A DNA stretch of 64,000 nt from a bacterium (GTDB lineage: Bacteria > SAR324 > XYD2-FULL-50-16). The stretch is from assembly GCA_032250835.1 (NCBI GenBank), contig JAVVEA010000001.1, forward strand, positions 480,001 through 544,000. Reading direction: 5' to 3'. Position numbers and translations under genes: made by a program. The notes below the pieces were generated by a model, which did no database searches, was not told where the DNA came from, and saw only the letters and a program-made list of their open reading frames with translations. Shown here one piece after another: positions 20,614 through 30,663 of the stretch. Position 1 is the stretch's first letter. Each line of letters opens with the position of its first letter.

Positions 20614-20835
20614 ATGAAAGCGGATATCCATCCCAAGTATATTGACACCACTTACTCTTGCGCTTGCGGTGCTGAGTTTGTCATCCCTTCAACGACTGGC
20701 GGCATTGTCAAAGTGGACGTTTGCTCACAGTGCCACCCGCTTTACACGGGCAAAGAAAAGATGGTTGACCGCGAAGGCCGCATCGACCGCTTCAAGAAGA
20801 AGTACGAAAACTTCACTCCCGGCGGGAAAAAGTAG
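20614..20835 (+). CDS. rpmE: 50S ribosomal protein L31, zinc-binding (C+) type
   Basis: MKADIHPKY, CACG, CSQCHPLYTG, GRIDRFKKKY. Confidence 0.97.
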   Translation: MKADIHPKYIDTTYSCACGAEFVIPSTTGGIVKVDVCSQCHPLYTGKEKMVDREGRIDRFKKKYENFTPGGKK

Positions 20836-20892
20836 AAATCCCATTGCAGGGGCCGCGCCCGCGGCCTCTGGGATATCTCCTTTAGCCCATCT

Positions 20893-21969
20893 ATGCTCGA
20901 AAAACTCGCCAAAATCGCCGACCGCTATGAGGAAGTCACCGCACTTCTGAGCCACCCGGATACCGCCAACAACAGCAAAAAGCTACAGGAGCTCTCTAAG
21001 GAGCAGTCCAAGCTCATGCCGCTCTTTGATCTCTTCACTCGTCTGCAACGCGCCCATGATGACCTAGAAGGGAATCAGGCGATCTTGGCCGATACCAACG
21101 AAGACGCCGAGATGAAGGAGATGGCCAAGGCCGAGTTGTCGCAATTAAAGACCCAAGTAAGTGAGTTGGAGAAGGAAGCGCAGTTGATGCTGCTACCCAA
21201 AGACCCGGACGACGACAAAAACGTGATCCTAGAAATCCGCGCCGGTACGGGCGGGGACGAAGCGGGCATTTTTGCTGGGGATCTGTTCCGGATGTACCAA
21301 AAATTCGCCGAGATCAACCGGTGGAAACTGGAAGTGATCGACTCGAACCCCGCCACCCAGGGGGGCTTTAAAGAAATCACGGCCACCATCGAGGGGCACA
21401 ACGTCTTCGCCCGCATGAAGTTTGAAGCAGGCACCCACCGAGTCCAGCGGGTTCCGGCCACCGAAACCCAAGGCCGTATCCATACCTCTGCCTGCACCGT
21501 GGCCATCTTGCCCGAGGCCCAAGAGGTGGATGTTCAGATAGATGCAGGGGACTTGAGGATTGACACCTACCGCGCCTCAGGGGCCGGTGGACAGCATGTC
21601 AACAAAACCGAATCGGCGATCCGCATCACCCACGTCCCCACCGGGATTGTGGTGCAATGCCAGGATGAACGAAGCCAGATAAAGAACCGCGCCCGTGCGA
21701 TGAAGCACCTCCAGGCTAAGCTGTACGAACAGCAAGCCGAAGCCCAGAACAGCGAATTGGCGGCGCTGCGTAAAAACATGGTCGGCTCTGGGGACCGCTC
21801 GGAGCGCATCCGCACCTACAACTACCCCCAAGGCCGGATCACCGACCACCGCATCGGGTTTACGCTCTATCGCCTCGAAGAGGTGATGAATTCCGGTGAC
21901 CTCGACGAAGTGGTTGATGCCTTAGCAGCAGACCAACAGGCCGACTTACTCAAGTCGACGACCAACTAA
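20893..21969 (+). CDS. prfA: Peptide chain release factor 1
   Basis: PAT (PxT) recognition motif; [10 protein letters not shown]. Confidence 0.97.
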   Translation: MLEKLAKIADRYEEVTALLSHPDTANNSKKLQELSKEQSKLMPLFDLFTRLQRAHDDLEGNQAILADTNEDAEMKEMAKAELSQLKTQVSELEKEAQLMLLPKDPDDDKNVILEIRAGTGGDEAGIFAGDLFRMYQKFAEINRWKLEVIDSNPATQGGFKEITATIEGHNVFARMKFEAGTHRVQRVPATETQGRIHTSACTVAILPEAQEVDVQIDAGDLRIDTYRASGAGGQHVNKTESAIRITHVPTGIVVQCQDERSQIKNRARAMKHLQAKLYEQQAEAQNSELAALRKNMVGSGDRSERIRTYNYPQGRITDHRIGFTLYRLEEVMNSGDLDEVVDALAADQQADLLKSTTN

Positions 21970-21973
21970 CCCC

Positions 21974-22836
21974 CTAAAACAACAGGCCCGCCGAAAGGTG
22001 CCCGCCTGTCTCTAGGTCGTTATCATCGGCCGGGGCCCGCTCATAGCGGGCCCCGGTAGAGAACTTTTCGGCGGGCATCCAACTGAGCCCGAAGGCCGCC
22101 AACTGATCACCCACCACCGCATACTGATGGCCCCTATCTGACTGAGTAAACAAGGTCTAGAACAGTTCACTGGTGTAAAACTCCCAGGAGATTCGGTTAC
22201 GCTGGTCCCCATATTGCTGGATGCCAGAGCCATCAACGGGGTCATCTTTGCGTAGTTCCGAATACTCGGCACGGAAGGATTTGGGCTGGTAAACCGCCAG
22301 ACCCAAAAAGTTTTCTTCCCATTTATAGTCATCAACAAAGCGGGCCTCGCGGCTATATCCCAGATAAAACCAGTTCCCTAAGCGTAGGCTTAGACCCGCT
22401 CCGGTACCGGTCTGTTTGACCGGATACCCAAGGGCATCGCCCCAAAGTCCCAAGGAAACCGTCTTTTCGATCACCTAGGCAAGTGATTCCCTTTTTGTAA
22501 AGCTAGTGCTGTTGCTAAAGGTAGCGGCGCTAACCTCATGCCCTTTTTCGGTCACCTCACCCCCGAACCTTCTAGACGCAAATCCTTCCAAAAGAGCGTC
22601 GCCAAAAACTCGTTGGTCTTGCGGCTGTTCTCAAAGGTCAAAGTGCCTGAACTGTTATAAGTCGAGCCGTCGTGGTTACTAGCGGCCAGTTGTAGCGTCA
22701 TGGCTGCACGCCAACCAATGGCCGGAGCAGCCCAGAGGGGCTCCGAAGGGTCCAAAGAAGGGGTGGCTACCTGAGCCTTAAGGCTAGGCACCAAAAAGGG
22801 AGTTAGTACCGCCCCCATAAACCAACCTTTGGTCCT
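21974..22836 (-). pseudogene. Disrupted outer-membrane beta-barrel protein gene
   Basis: Signal-peptide-like start; frameshift at or near a G5 run at ~22560; in-frame TAG stops at 22475-22477 and 22157-22159; frame then continues to ...GHLSAGLLF* at 21974. Confidence 0.7.
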
Positions 22837-22995
22837 AACAGTCCTTTAAAAACTACGCTAGATCCGGTACCGACTTCAGACAAAACAACCTCCATTCCTA
22901 CCCAAGTGAGGGGCTTCAAGGAGCCAAAAAACTTGGCTTTTATTTTGGGACTCAGACCGCTATGCTGGTGCAAACCTTTTTTGAGCGGAGTCTTG

Positions 22996-24039
22996 ATGTC
23001 TGATTTCCTGCCCCACTTGATCCGTCAAGTCCAAGCAAACTGCGACCGCGCCGATGCGCGCAGCGCGCAACAGTTCACGCTCTGTACTTACCTCCTAAAG
23101 ATGCGCGAGTTTTATCGCTGGCGGCAAGGTTTAGGGTTTTCCGCAACGCTACAAAAGCGAGAGCTGAACCATTGGATTGTAGACCACGAAGAGCTTTGGG
23201 AAGATTTGGAGGAACAGGAATTTGAACCGATCTCCATCCAGGGCAAACGCTTTGATCCCTATGACCAAGAAGCCCTAGGCGGCTTGTTGGCCGCCGAAGG
23301 GTTTGTGTACAACGGCGGCCTCGGGGCAAAGTCTTGGCCCCACTTCTTCTTGGCCGAATTAGAACGCGAAGAAACCATCGACGGCGTAGCTTGTTTGGTA
23401 GCGGGCAAGGAATTGGCCCGAGGGATGGTCGCTCCGCCTGCATTCAAACAGGGCGAGAGGATCTACCTACGCCGCGACACGCTACGCTTTTGGGTGCATG
23501 CCAAGGTCGAAGAATGGCAGTTTAAGAAACGCGACAACCCCATGGCCCGCGCCCTATTGGGCTTTAATTTAGAGTCGGCCTTAGACGAAAGCGTCGAAAA
23601 TCTAACGGAGCGGATTTTACCCTGGGTTTTGCGGCATGAGTTGGGAGAAGTCGAGATGGGCCGGCGGCTGGGCCCCGCCTGGGGAGAGATGTTAAGTGAT
23701 CTGGGCCGCAGCCCTACCGAGCTGGTCGCCCGGACTGCCCGAGACCTGGCCGCAGACAGCCTCTGTGTGTTGCCCCAACTGATTGAGAGCGGTGATAACG
23801 TCGCGCTACACTGGTACTTCGGCAACCACCAAGGCATGCCCACCACCCTTTGGCCGGGCCTACAAGCGGCCTATGAGGAGTTTAAGCTCAAAGGGGAACT
23901 GCAAGGGCTAGCGAACGAAGCCGCCTCAGGAGCCCAGAGATGGCCGCAGCTTTGCCAAAAAATCCTGGCCAGCCATCAGTCCCAAGACCCCTGGAAGGAG
24001 CCCGAGTTGGCGGCGGCCTTGAAGCTCAGTTTGCCCTAA
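22996..24039 (+). CDS. Conserved hypothetical protein, Sfum_1244-like
   Basis: VQANCDRADA...LCTYLLKMREFYRW N-terminus; PHFFLAEL; HELGE; GGAG RBS. Confidence 0.65.
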   Translation: MSDFLPHLIRQVQANCDRADARSAQQFTLCTYLLKMREFYRWRQGLGFSATLQKRELNHWIVDHEELWEDLEEQEFEPISIQGKRFDPYDQEALGGLLAAEGFVYNGGLGAKSWPHFFLAELEREETIDGVACLVAGKELARGMVAPPAFKQGERIYLRRDTLRFWVHAKVEEWQFKKRDNPMARALLGFNLESALDESVENLTERILPWVLRHELGEVEMGRRLGPAWGEMLSDLGRSPTELVARTARDLAADSLCVLPQLIESGDNVALHWYFGNHQGMPTTLWPGLQAAYEEFKLKGELQGLANEAASGAQRWPQLCQKILASHQSQDPWKEPELAAALKLSLP

Positions 24040-25304
24040 TTTAAGACCACCACGCGGTTGCGCCCCTGGGCCTTAGCCTCATACAACGCCATGTCCGCTT
24101 GGCTCAGCAGTTGTTCCAAGTTATCATGGTTGCCTTGCATCCCCACCAAGCCAATACTTACGGTGACCCCAACCTGTTCGTAGCTGCCCTCTAAACGAGC
24201 CGATTCCACAGACGAACGGATTCGTTCGGCCAAAATATGGGCTGATTCGGTCGAGGTTTCGGGCAAGACAATGCCAAACTCCTCTCCGCCCAAACGCCCC
24301 ACTAGGTCTGCATCGCGCACCAGCTGTTTGCAGGTGCCAGCAAATAGTTGCAACACCTTATCCCCAGCTTGATGGCCGAATTGGTCGTTGATCTTCTTAA
24401 AGTGGTCCAAGTCGAGCATCAGCGCTGAAAGAGGCCGCTGATATCGCTGCACCACGGTGATCAACTGCTCGGCGCGTCCAAAAAAATGACGGCGGTTATA
24501 AAGCCCCGTTAAGTCATCGGTAGTGGCCAAACGCAAGAGCTCGTCTTCCATCTGTTTGCGCTGGGAGATGTCCCGCGCCACCCCTTCGACCCATTTAGGC
24601 CGCCCCGCTGGGTCGAGGCGAACGGCTGCATTGGTAGAGACCCAAATCGCTCGTCCCGATTTGTGGCGCAAAGCGGCCTCAACTTGTTTGGCCCGTCCCC
24701 CGCCGTCAACAATCGCTTGAGCAATTTTGGCCCGTTGCTCTGGGTCATGGTAGAAATCAGCCATCGGCTTGCCGATCATTTCTTCAGGTCGGTATCCGAT
24801 GGCTTCAAAACAGGCCGGCGAGATCATGACGATTCGACCTTCCATATCGGTACGGTAAAAGACGTCCGGCAATTGGTCTAAGATGGTCTTTAGTTCTTGT
24901 TGGGACTGGGCCAGTAGCGCGAAGGCTTGCTTTTGTTCGGTGATGTCTTTAACGCTGCCAACGGTGATGGCTTCTCCATCGGGACCTTGGCTGAGGCCCA
25001 CACTCAAGAGCACATCAACCCAGCTCCCGTCAGAACGTAGCGCCCGGACTTCGTAATCCACAGGAACCGGAAGGCCTTGGAGGCGAGCCTCGTAACGTTC
25101 TTGGACTAGGCTTAAGTCGGCGGGGTAAACTAGATCCGTGAAGGACCGGCCTTGTAATTCTTGGGGCTCGTAGCCTAAAAGTCGGCTTAGGAATTGGTTG
25201 CTGTACACCACTTTCCCGTCGACCAGCGCGAACAGGCCTTCTTGCAACCGGTCCACCAGGATCTTGTAGTTGCCGCCTTCAAGCCACTGGTTGTAATTGG
25301 TCAT
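24036..25304 (-). CDS. PAS-PAS-GGDEF diguanylate cyclase
   Basis: Two PAS/PAC domains; DLDHFKKIND; RDAD I-site; GGEEF active site. Confidence 0.93.
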   Translation of the reverse strand: MTNYNQWLEGGNYKILVDRLQEGLFALVDGKVVYSNQFLSRLLGYEPQELQGRSFTDLVYPADLSLVQERYEARLQGLPVPVDYEVRALRSDGSWVDVLLSVGLSQGPDGEAITVGSVKDITEQKQAFALLAQSQQELKTILDQLPDVFYRTDMEGRIVMISPACFEAIGYRPEEMIGKPMADFYHDPEQRAKIAQAIVDGGGRAKQVEAALRHKSGRAIWVSTNAAVRLDPAGRPKWVEGVARDISQRKQMEDELLRLATTDDLTGLYNRRHFFGRAEQLITVVQRYQRPLSALMLDLDHFKKINDQFGHQAGDKVLQLFAGTCKQLVRDADLVGRLGGEEFGIVLPETSTESAHILAERIRSSVESARLEGSYEQVGVTVSIGLVGMQGNHDNLEQLLSQADMALYEAKAQGRNRVVVLN

Positions 25305-25393
25305 CTGCCCCCTTCATTGGTATTGATTTGGGCTAGTATAGGTCCATCATAGGGAACAGGGGAAGCGGACAATAACATTTCTTTTGGAAAAAA

Positions 25394-25780
25394 TTAGTTG
25401 TCCGAAAGGACCTTTTCGATCTTTTCGCCCAACAAAAAGGAGTCGAAGGGCTTGAGGATGTAGCCGGTAACCCCTTCTTTTGCGGCTTCGATGATGTTAT
25501 CTTTGGTCGCTTCGGAGGTGATCATCACTACCGGCAGGGTCTTATATTTGTCCTGGGACCGGATCTCCCTCAAAAGGCTGATACCCGTCATCTTGGGCAT
25601 CTGCCAGTCCAGCAAAACCAGATCGATCCCCTGACTTTCTAAAACCTTTAAAGCCTCTTCGCCGTTCTCTGCCTCAAAAAAGTTTTTAAAGTAGAGTTCT
25701 TCTAAGGTCTGCCGGACTAAGTGCCGCATTGGAGCGGAGTCGTCGACAATCAAAATATGGATTTCGCGGTCCGTAGCCAT
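25394..25780 (-). CDS. cheY: Single-domain response regulator, CheY-like
   Basis: IVDD, LLDWQMP, ITSE, LKPF. Confidence 0.85.
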   Translation of the reverse strand: MATDREIHILIVDDSAPMRHLVRQTLEELYFKNFFEAENGEEALKVLESQGIDLVLLDWQMPKMTGISLLREIRSQDKYKTLPVVMITSEATKDNIIEAAKEGVTGYILKPFDSFLLGEKIEKVLSDN

Positions 25781-27561
25781 TAAAGGTCCTCGTCAGGTTC
25801 TTCGACTGAAGCTTCCAGGCCCGTGGGCCGGTGGAATCCATCCAGTTTGGTTTTGTTTAGTTCTTCGCGGTCCTCAAAGTCCCGTTTGACTTCATTGAAA
25901 ACCCCCGTAAAATGGGACTTTTCAGCCCCTTCCATGTCCTTGAACTTATCATCTTTAAGACGAATAAAAAAGTTCAAATAGTTGCTCGCCGAGCTTTGAT
26001 TGCCTTGATAAAGCGCTACCTGGAACAACAAACGGGCCGCTTTGAGGCTTAAGAGATTGTCCCTAGTCGAAAGCATCAGGTCTCGAGCCATCCGCTCAGC
26101 ATCCATCAAATAACGCTCGGCCTCAGAATTTTGGCCGCCTTGCATCAACTGCTCGGCTAGGGTGAGGCTGCAATCGACCTTAAGCCAAACATTGGCCTCT
26201 TCGGGCTTAAAGCGCTGGATCATGTCGATACTGTGCATGGCCAACTCAAAGGCGGTCTGCACATGCGCCAGCCCCGGCAGGATCAAGTCGCGTTCTTCTT
26301 CAATCAAACGATACTCCGCCTTGCGCCGTTCCTTACCTTCAGACCAAAGCCGCAAAAACTCGCGGTTGCTGAATACGGTGGGGATGCGCGCCGCCTCTTT
26401 GGGCCGGAACATTTCCTTTTGGGTAGAGGCAAAATAACATTCCGGGCAGATATGCACCTTGATCCGGCTATAGTCCAAGGCATCATCCTTTTCGGTCATG
26501 GGCCCCAGGTAATAGGGCACGCCAAAGAGGTTGGTGCGGGACTTTTGAGACTTAGGGCGCAACCGGTAAACCCGCACCGGTTGCTCTGAGTCACAGGCGT
26601 AACAGCCCTGTTCCCGAAACAGCAGCGCGTTAGACTCAGGGTGCGGCAACCAGCGGTCTTCGGATTTAGATAGGCTCGAGCCCGCCGTGCCGTCTCCAAA
26701 GCTGGCTACTTTAGCCAAGCCTTTGCGCTTCTGCCGCCAACTGATCCCGCGCTTGCACCAGACCAAAGCCCGCTCTTCCAATAAAATGGGGAGATTGCAG
26801 GCCCGTACGTAATCGCCGATGAACAGAACTTCTTTATTGGCTAGGTCGTCATTGAGCGACAAAACACGCAGGACCTCAAAAAAGATCAAATAGATGGTTT
26901 CGAAGTCCAAATTAGGCGGGGACAGCAAGGAGGGGCGCAGGCGGTTCTTCACAAAACCCACCAACCGCCTTTTCTCTACTGCGTCGTCCACAAAGTTCAA
27001 GGCGGTACGCAATAATTTCAGTTCCAGGTCGTCTACAATCCCGTCGATCATCACCGCACCAATCAAGACCTCGGCGTACCAGATCTTTTGGGCTACATCC
27101 ATGCGGTGCAGCGGCACCCGGCTGTTGGTCAGTTCTACTTCCCGGGGCAGTAGGAGCTTTTGGTCTTCTTGCCAACGCAATCCCTCTTGGGCCCATTGCA
27201 GCGTACGGGTGCGGTAGGCCCGAGAAAAGTCAAAGAGTGCGGCCAGTTCGTCTAAAAAGGCCTTCTCTTCATCGGCCAAGTCCCAGTCACAGATCGCAAA
27301 GTTGACCAGCTCCAAATAGATTTCGGGCAAGATACTACGGTCAATGTCTTCAGGAAGGGTGAGGGGGTCGGCCTGATTGTTTTCCAGTTTGCGGATCAGT
27401 TGGGTCTTGTCGCCCAGATTTTTCATAAGCGACAAAAGCCGCTGAAAATTCTCGAATTCGCTCAGAGCAATCCGCCCATCTGCCCAAATGGCATGGATCG
27501 CCATATTGGCAAACCAGGTTTGGTGGGCCGGGCTTAACGCCTTCATTAAGGATTCCATCAA
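25780..27561 (-). CDS. Tandem TerB-like domains fused to a DUF2225-like Zn-finger/helical domain
   Basis: Two ~130-aa repeats (ADG...E and IDG...E); CYAC and ICPECYFA Cys pairs; helical C-terminus. Confidence 0.7.
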   Translation of the reverse strand: MMESLMKALSPAHQTWFANMAIHAIWADGRIALSEFENFQRLLSLMKNLGDKTQLIRKLENNQADPLTLPEDIDRSILPEIYLELVNFAICDWDLADEEKAFLDELAALFDFSRAYRTRTLQWAQEGLRWQEDQKLLLPREVELTNSRVPLHRMDVAQKIWYAEVLIGAVMIDGIVDDLELKLLRTALNFVDDAVEKRRLVGFVKNRLRPSLLSPPNLDFETIYLIFFEVLRVLSLNDDLANKEVLFIGDYVRACNLPILLEERALVWCKRGISWRQKRKGLAKVASFGDGTAGSSLSKSEDRWLPHPESNALLFREQGCYACDSEQPVRVYRLRPKSQKSRTNLFGVPYYLGPMTEKDDALDYSRIKVHICPECYFASTQKEMFRPKEAARIPTVFSNREFLRLWSEGKERRKAEYRLIEEERDLILPGLAHVQTAFELAMHSIDMIQRFKPEEANVWLKVDCSLTLAEQLMQGGQNSEAERYLMDAERMARDLMLSTRDNLLSLKAARLLFQVALYQGNQSSASNYLNFFIRLKDDKFKDMEGAEKSHFTGVFNEVKRDFEDREELNKTKLDGFHRPTGLEASVEEPDEDL

Positions 27562-27773
27562 AGCTCCAAAGTAGAGAAATCGAGCATAAACCGCCTAGAC
27601 CATGCCCCAAGCGGATCGTTTCAATTTAACGTGGAAAAGACAAAGGGGCAACCGCTTTAGTGGACCGTTTTTTGGGGTGCTCACCCTAGCTGAACCTTCG
27701 GCTTATGGTTCTTTGCAGAAGTTTGTTATCCTTCATCTAGCGACCTGTTGTTTTCATCTGCTGAGGGACCCTG

Positions 27774-30548
27774 ATGATCCGTGTTGTTTTATTTTTAGTT
27801 CTTTGCCTCCAATCAGCCCCACTTTGGGCCAAGGTGGTCTTGTCCGAGCGGACTTCTATCGACCTAGGTCCTCAGGTGGAACTTTTTGAAGACCCCAGCC
27901 GCCAGCTCACCATTAGCGAAGTTTCCACGCCGGACTTTGCCGAACGCTTCAGGCCCAACAAAAAAGATTCGGTGTCTTTGGGCTATACCAGCATGGCCCT
28001 TTGGGTAAAAATCGAAATCGCCAATCCCTACGACAAACCGGTCACCCGTATTTTAGAACAGGGCTTTGGTAGTCTGGACCTGCTAGACCTATACGAACCC
28101 AATGGTCAAGGCGGCTGGATCGAGCGGGTCACCGGCGACACCTTGCCCTTTTATGAGCGGGAAATCCAAATCCCCCAGCAGACCTTCCGCCTAACCTTTG
28201 CGCCAAGAAGCCAGAACACCTATTTTTTGCGCGCCGTCAGCAAAGGGACCTTGGCCCTCCCTTTACGTCTGGTTAAAGCGGAGGGCTATGTAGAGAGCCT
28301 GTTACCCGAAACCTTACTGATCGGTGGCTTTGCCGGGCTGGTTTTGGTAATGTTCATCTACCATATCGGCATCTTCTGGGGCACCAGAGACCCGGCCTAC
28401 CTTACCTATAGCTTTTTTATCTTAAGCTTGATGGTCTATAGCGTTTCCTTACGGGGCTTGGCCTACCAATACCTCTGGCCCCACTCGCCCGGATTAAATG
28501 CGATGATCCCGTCGGTCAGCGTAGCCTTGGCTTTCTTGTGGGGTTTGTCCTTTATCCGGCTTTACCTGCACACCAAGGAAACCGCCCCGGTTTGGGATAA
28601 AATATTACTGGCACTGATCTTCCCGGCCTTGGGCATCCCGCTGGCTAATTTCTTTTCCGGGCCTGCGGTGGGTATTTACATCACCACTATGGGCACCGTG
28701 GCCCCGCCGATCCCCATCATCTTAGGCATCGTGCTCTTCTTACGGGGATACCAACCGGCCAGCTTCTTCTTGATCGCCCTGGGTGGCTCGATGATGTCGA
28801 TCTTGGTCAGCAGTATGCGCAGCTTTGGTATCTTAGGCACCAACCTGTTCACCCAAAATTCCATGATCTTCGGCACTACCTGGGAGATTGTGGTGCTCTC
28901 CTTGGCGCTTTCTTACCGTATCCGCAAAATGCGCGACGAACGCTTGGCGGCCCAGACCGAGTTGTTAGAGCAGGTGAAACGAGAAAAAAACCTGATCGAA
29001 GAACACCGCAGTACCTTAGAACGCAAAGTTTTTGAACGCACTTCCGAGATCAAAGAACTGATGGACAACACGGGCCAGGGGTTCTTTTCTTGTGGCGCAG
29101 ACCTTAAGGTACGCCCGCAATATTCCAAGGCCTGTGAGGAGTTTTTCGGTAAGCCTATCGGTGGGTTGGAGGTCTTACCGCTAATTTACGCGCACCGCTG
29201 GGCCGAGCACCTTGAGGTGGTCCAAACGCTCTTCGCCACACGGGGCAGCATGAAAGACCTGATCGACCTTCTGCCCACCGAATCCCAAATCAACGGGTTG
29301 GTTTTGCATCTGGAGTACCGGTTGATCCTGCAAGAAGAGGCGTCCCAGGACCGGCTCCTGATCGTGGCCACCGACGTGACCCGAGAGCAAACCCTGCGCG
29401 CGCTGCTGCGAGCCGACGAGGGAACCAACAAGATGATCCTGGCCGTAGCCCGTGACAAAGAAGGCTTCTTGATGGCTTTAGAAGACGCGCGGAGCATCTT
29501 GGCCGGTATCAAACAAGCCTTAGTGACTCCAGCGGGTGTCACCCGCCAAAGCCTGATGCGCTCGTTCCATACCCTAAAAGGGGAGATGTCTTGCTACGGC
29601 CTCACCCAAGTAGCCGATGCGGCCCACCAGATTGAGAGCCGGATCGTTGAGGTGCTCGACGAAGACGAAGCGCTTGAATTGGAGCATATCAATTACTTAG
29701 AGCTACGCACTGGCGAGTTAGAACAACATTTAGAAGCTTCGCTGGAGCGCTTGCGCGAGTTGGTCGGGCTCGAGGAACTAGACGAAGGAGGGCACCTGCG
29801 GATAAATGTACCTACCGAGCGGGTGGAGCATTTGATTGCGCTACTGCGGGCCGGACGTAGGCTGGGTAGGCCCGAATGGACCACCGCCTTAGAAGACCTT
29901 AAAAATCAACCCCTGCGTCCCCATTTGCGCAAATTGGCCTTAGAGGCCGAACGGCTCGCCGCCCCCATGGGCAAAAAGGTCAAAACCTTTATCGATGCTA
30001 GTGGTGTAGAAGCAGACATCCAGGCGCTTTCTCCGCTACTCAATGCGATGGTGCATTTGGTGCGCAACTCCATGGACCACGGGATCGAACGCCCCGAACT
30101 GCGCCAGTCCCGCAACAAGTCAGAGTGCGGACGTCTGACGGTCACGGCCCGCCAAGAAGAGGGTCTGTTGCTGCTAGAGGTAGGTGACGACGGCAACGGC
30201 ATCGACCCCCAACTAATCCGCGAATTGGCGCTGGAAAAAGGCCTCCTCACCGCCGAGGAGGCCGCTTCTTTAGATACCGAGGCTTCGATGAAGTTACTCT
30301 TTAGGCCTGGTTTTTCTTCGAAAGAAGAGGTGAACCTTATCTCGGGCCGGGGGGTTGGCCTAGACGCCGTTGAAGCCGAAGCCCAACGACTGGGCGGGCA
30401 GTTGAACGTTCGCTCAGACAAGGAACAGGGCACCTGTTTTCGAATCGAGCTACCCCAGCGTAAACTCTCGCCACTCTGGCGCGAACAGGCCCCGGACCAT
30501 GAGATGGAGTCCAACGAGCCGCCTTCTTCGGATGGGGTCCCAACCTGA
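27774..30548 (+). CDS. 7TMR-DISMED2 / 7TM-DISM receptor fused to PAS-like, Hpt and CheA-type HATPase domains
   Basis: FEDPSRQLTI, SLGYTSMALW; seven TMs; SFHTLKG Hpt; HLVRNSMDHGIE, DDGNGID, FRPGFSS, ISGRGVGLD; no CheW domain. Confidence 0.88.
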   Translation: MIRVVLFLVLCLQSAPLWAKVVLSERTSIDLGPQVELFEDPSRQLTISEVSTPDFAERFRPNKKDSVSLGYTSMALWVKIEIANPYDKPVTRILEQGFGSLDLLDLYEPNGQGGWIERVTGDTLPFYEREIQIPQQTFRLTFAPRSQNTYFLRAVSKGTLALPLRLVKAEGYVESLLPETLLIGGFAGLVLVMFIYHIGIFWGTRDPAYLTYSFFILSLMVYSVSLRGLAYQYLWPHSPGLNAMIPSVSVALAFLWGLSFIRLYLHTKETAPVWDKILLALIFPALGIPLANFFSGPAVGIYITTMGTVAPPIPIILGIVLFLRGYQPASFFLIALGGSMMSILVSSMRSFGILGTNLFTQNSMIFGTTWEIVVLSLALSYRIRKMRDERLAAQTELLEQVKREKNLIEEHRSTLERKVFERTSEIKELMDNTGQGFFSCGADLKVRPQYSKACEEFFGKPIGGLEVLPLIYAHRWAEHLEVVQTLFATRGSMKDLIDLLPTESQINGLVLHLEYRLILQEEASQDRLLIVATDVTREQTLRALLRADEGTNKMILAVARDKEGFLMALEDARSILAGIKQALVTPAGVTRQSLMRSFHTLKGEMSCYGLTQVADAAHQIESRIVEVLDEDEALELEHINYLELRTGELEQHLEASLERLRELVGLEELDEGGHLRINVPTERVEHLIALLRAGRRLGRPEWTTALEDLKNQPLRPHLRKLALEAERLAAPMGKKVKTFIDASGVEADIQALSPLLNAMVHLVRNSMDHGIERPELRQSRNKSECGRLTVTARQEEGLLLLEVGDDGNGIDPQLIRELALEKGLLTAEEAASLDTEASMKLLFRPGFSSKEEVNLISGRGVGLDAVEAEAQRLGGQLNVRSDKEQGTCFRIELPQRKLSPLWREQAPDHEMESNEPPSSDGVPT

Positions 30549-30663
30549 AGTACCCTGGACTTCAAAAATCCCGCCGAAAAGGGGTTGATCAAAATCGGGT
30601 CGAACCGATAAGTTGATTCTTTACCAACTAAAATTGTGCCCCAACCCTCCGCTGCCCCTTACG

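Noticed and set aside
22157-22477. In-frame TAG codons as amber recoding or pyrrolysine
   Set aside because: TAG terminates intact genes in this window, RF1 is present, and the same ORF also carries a frameshift
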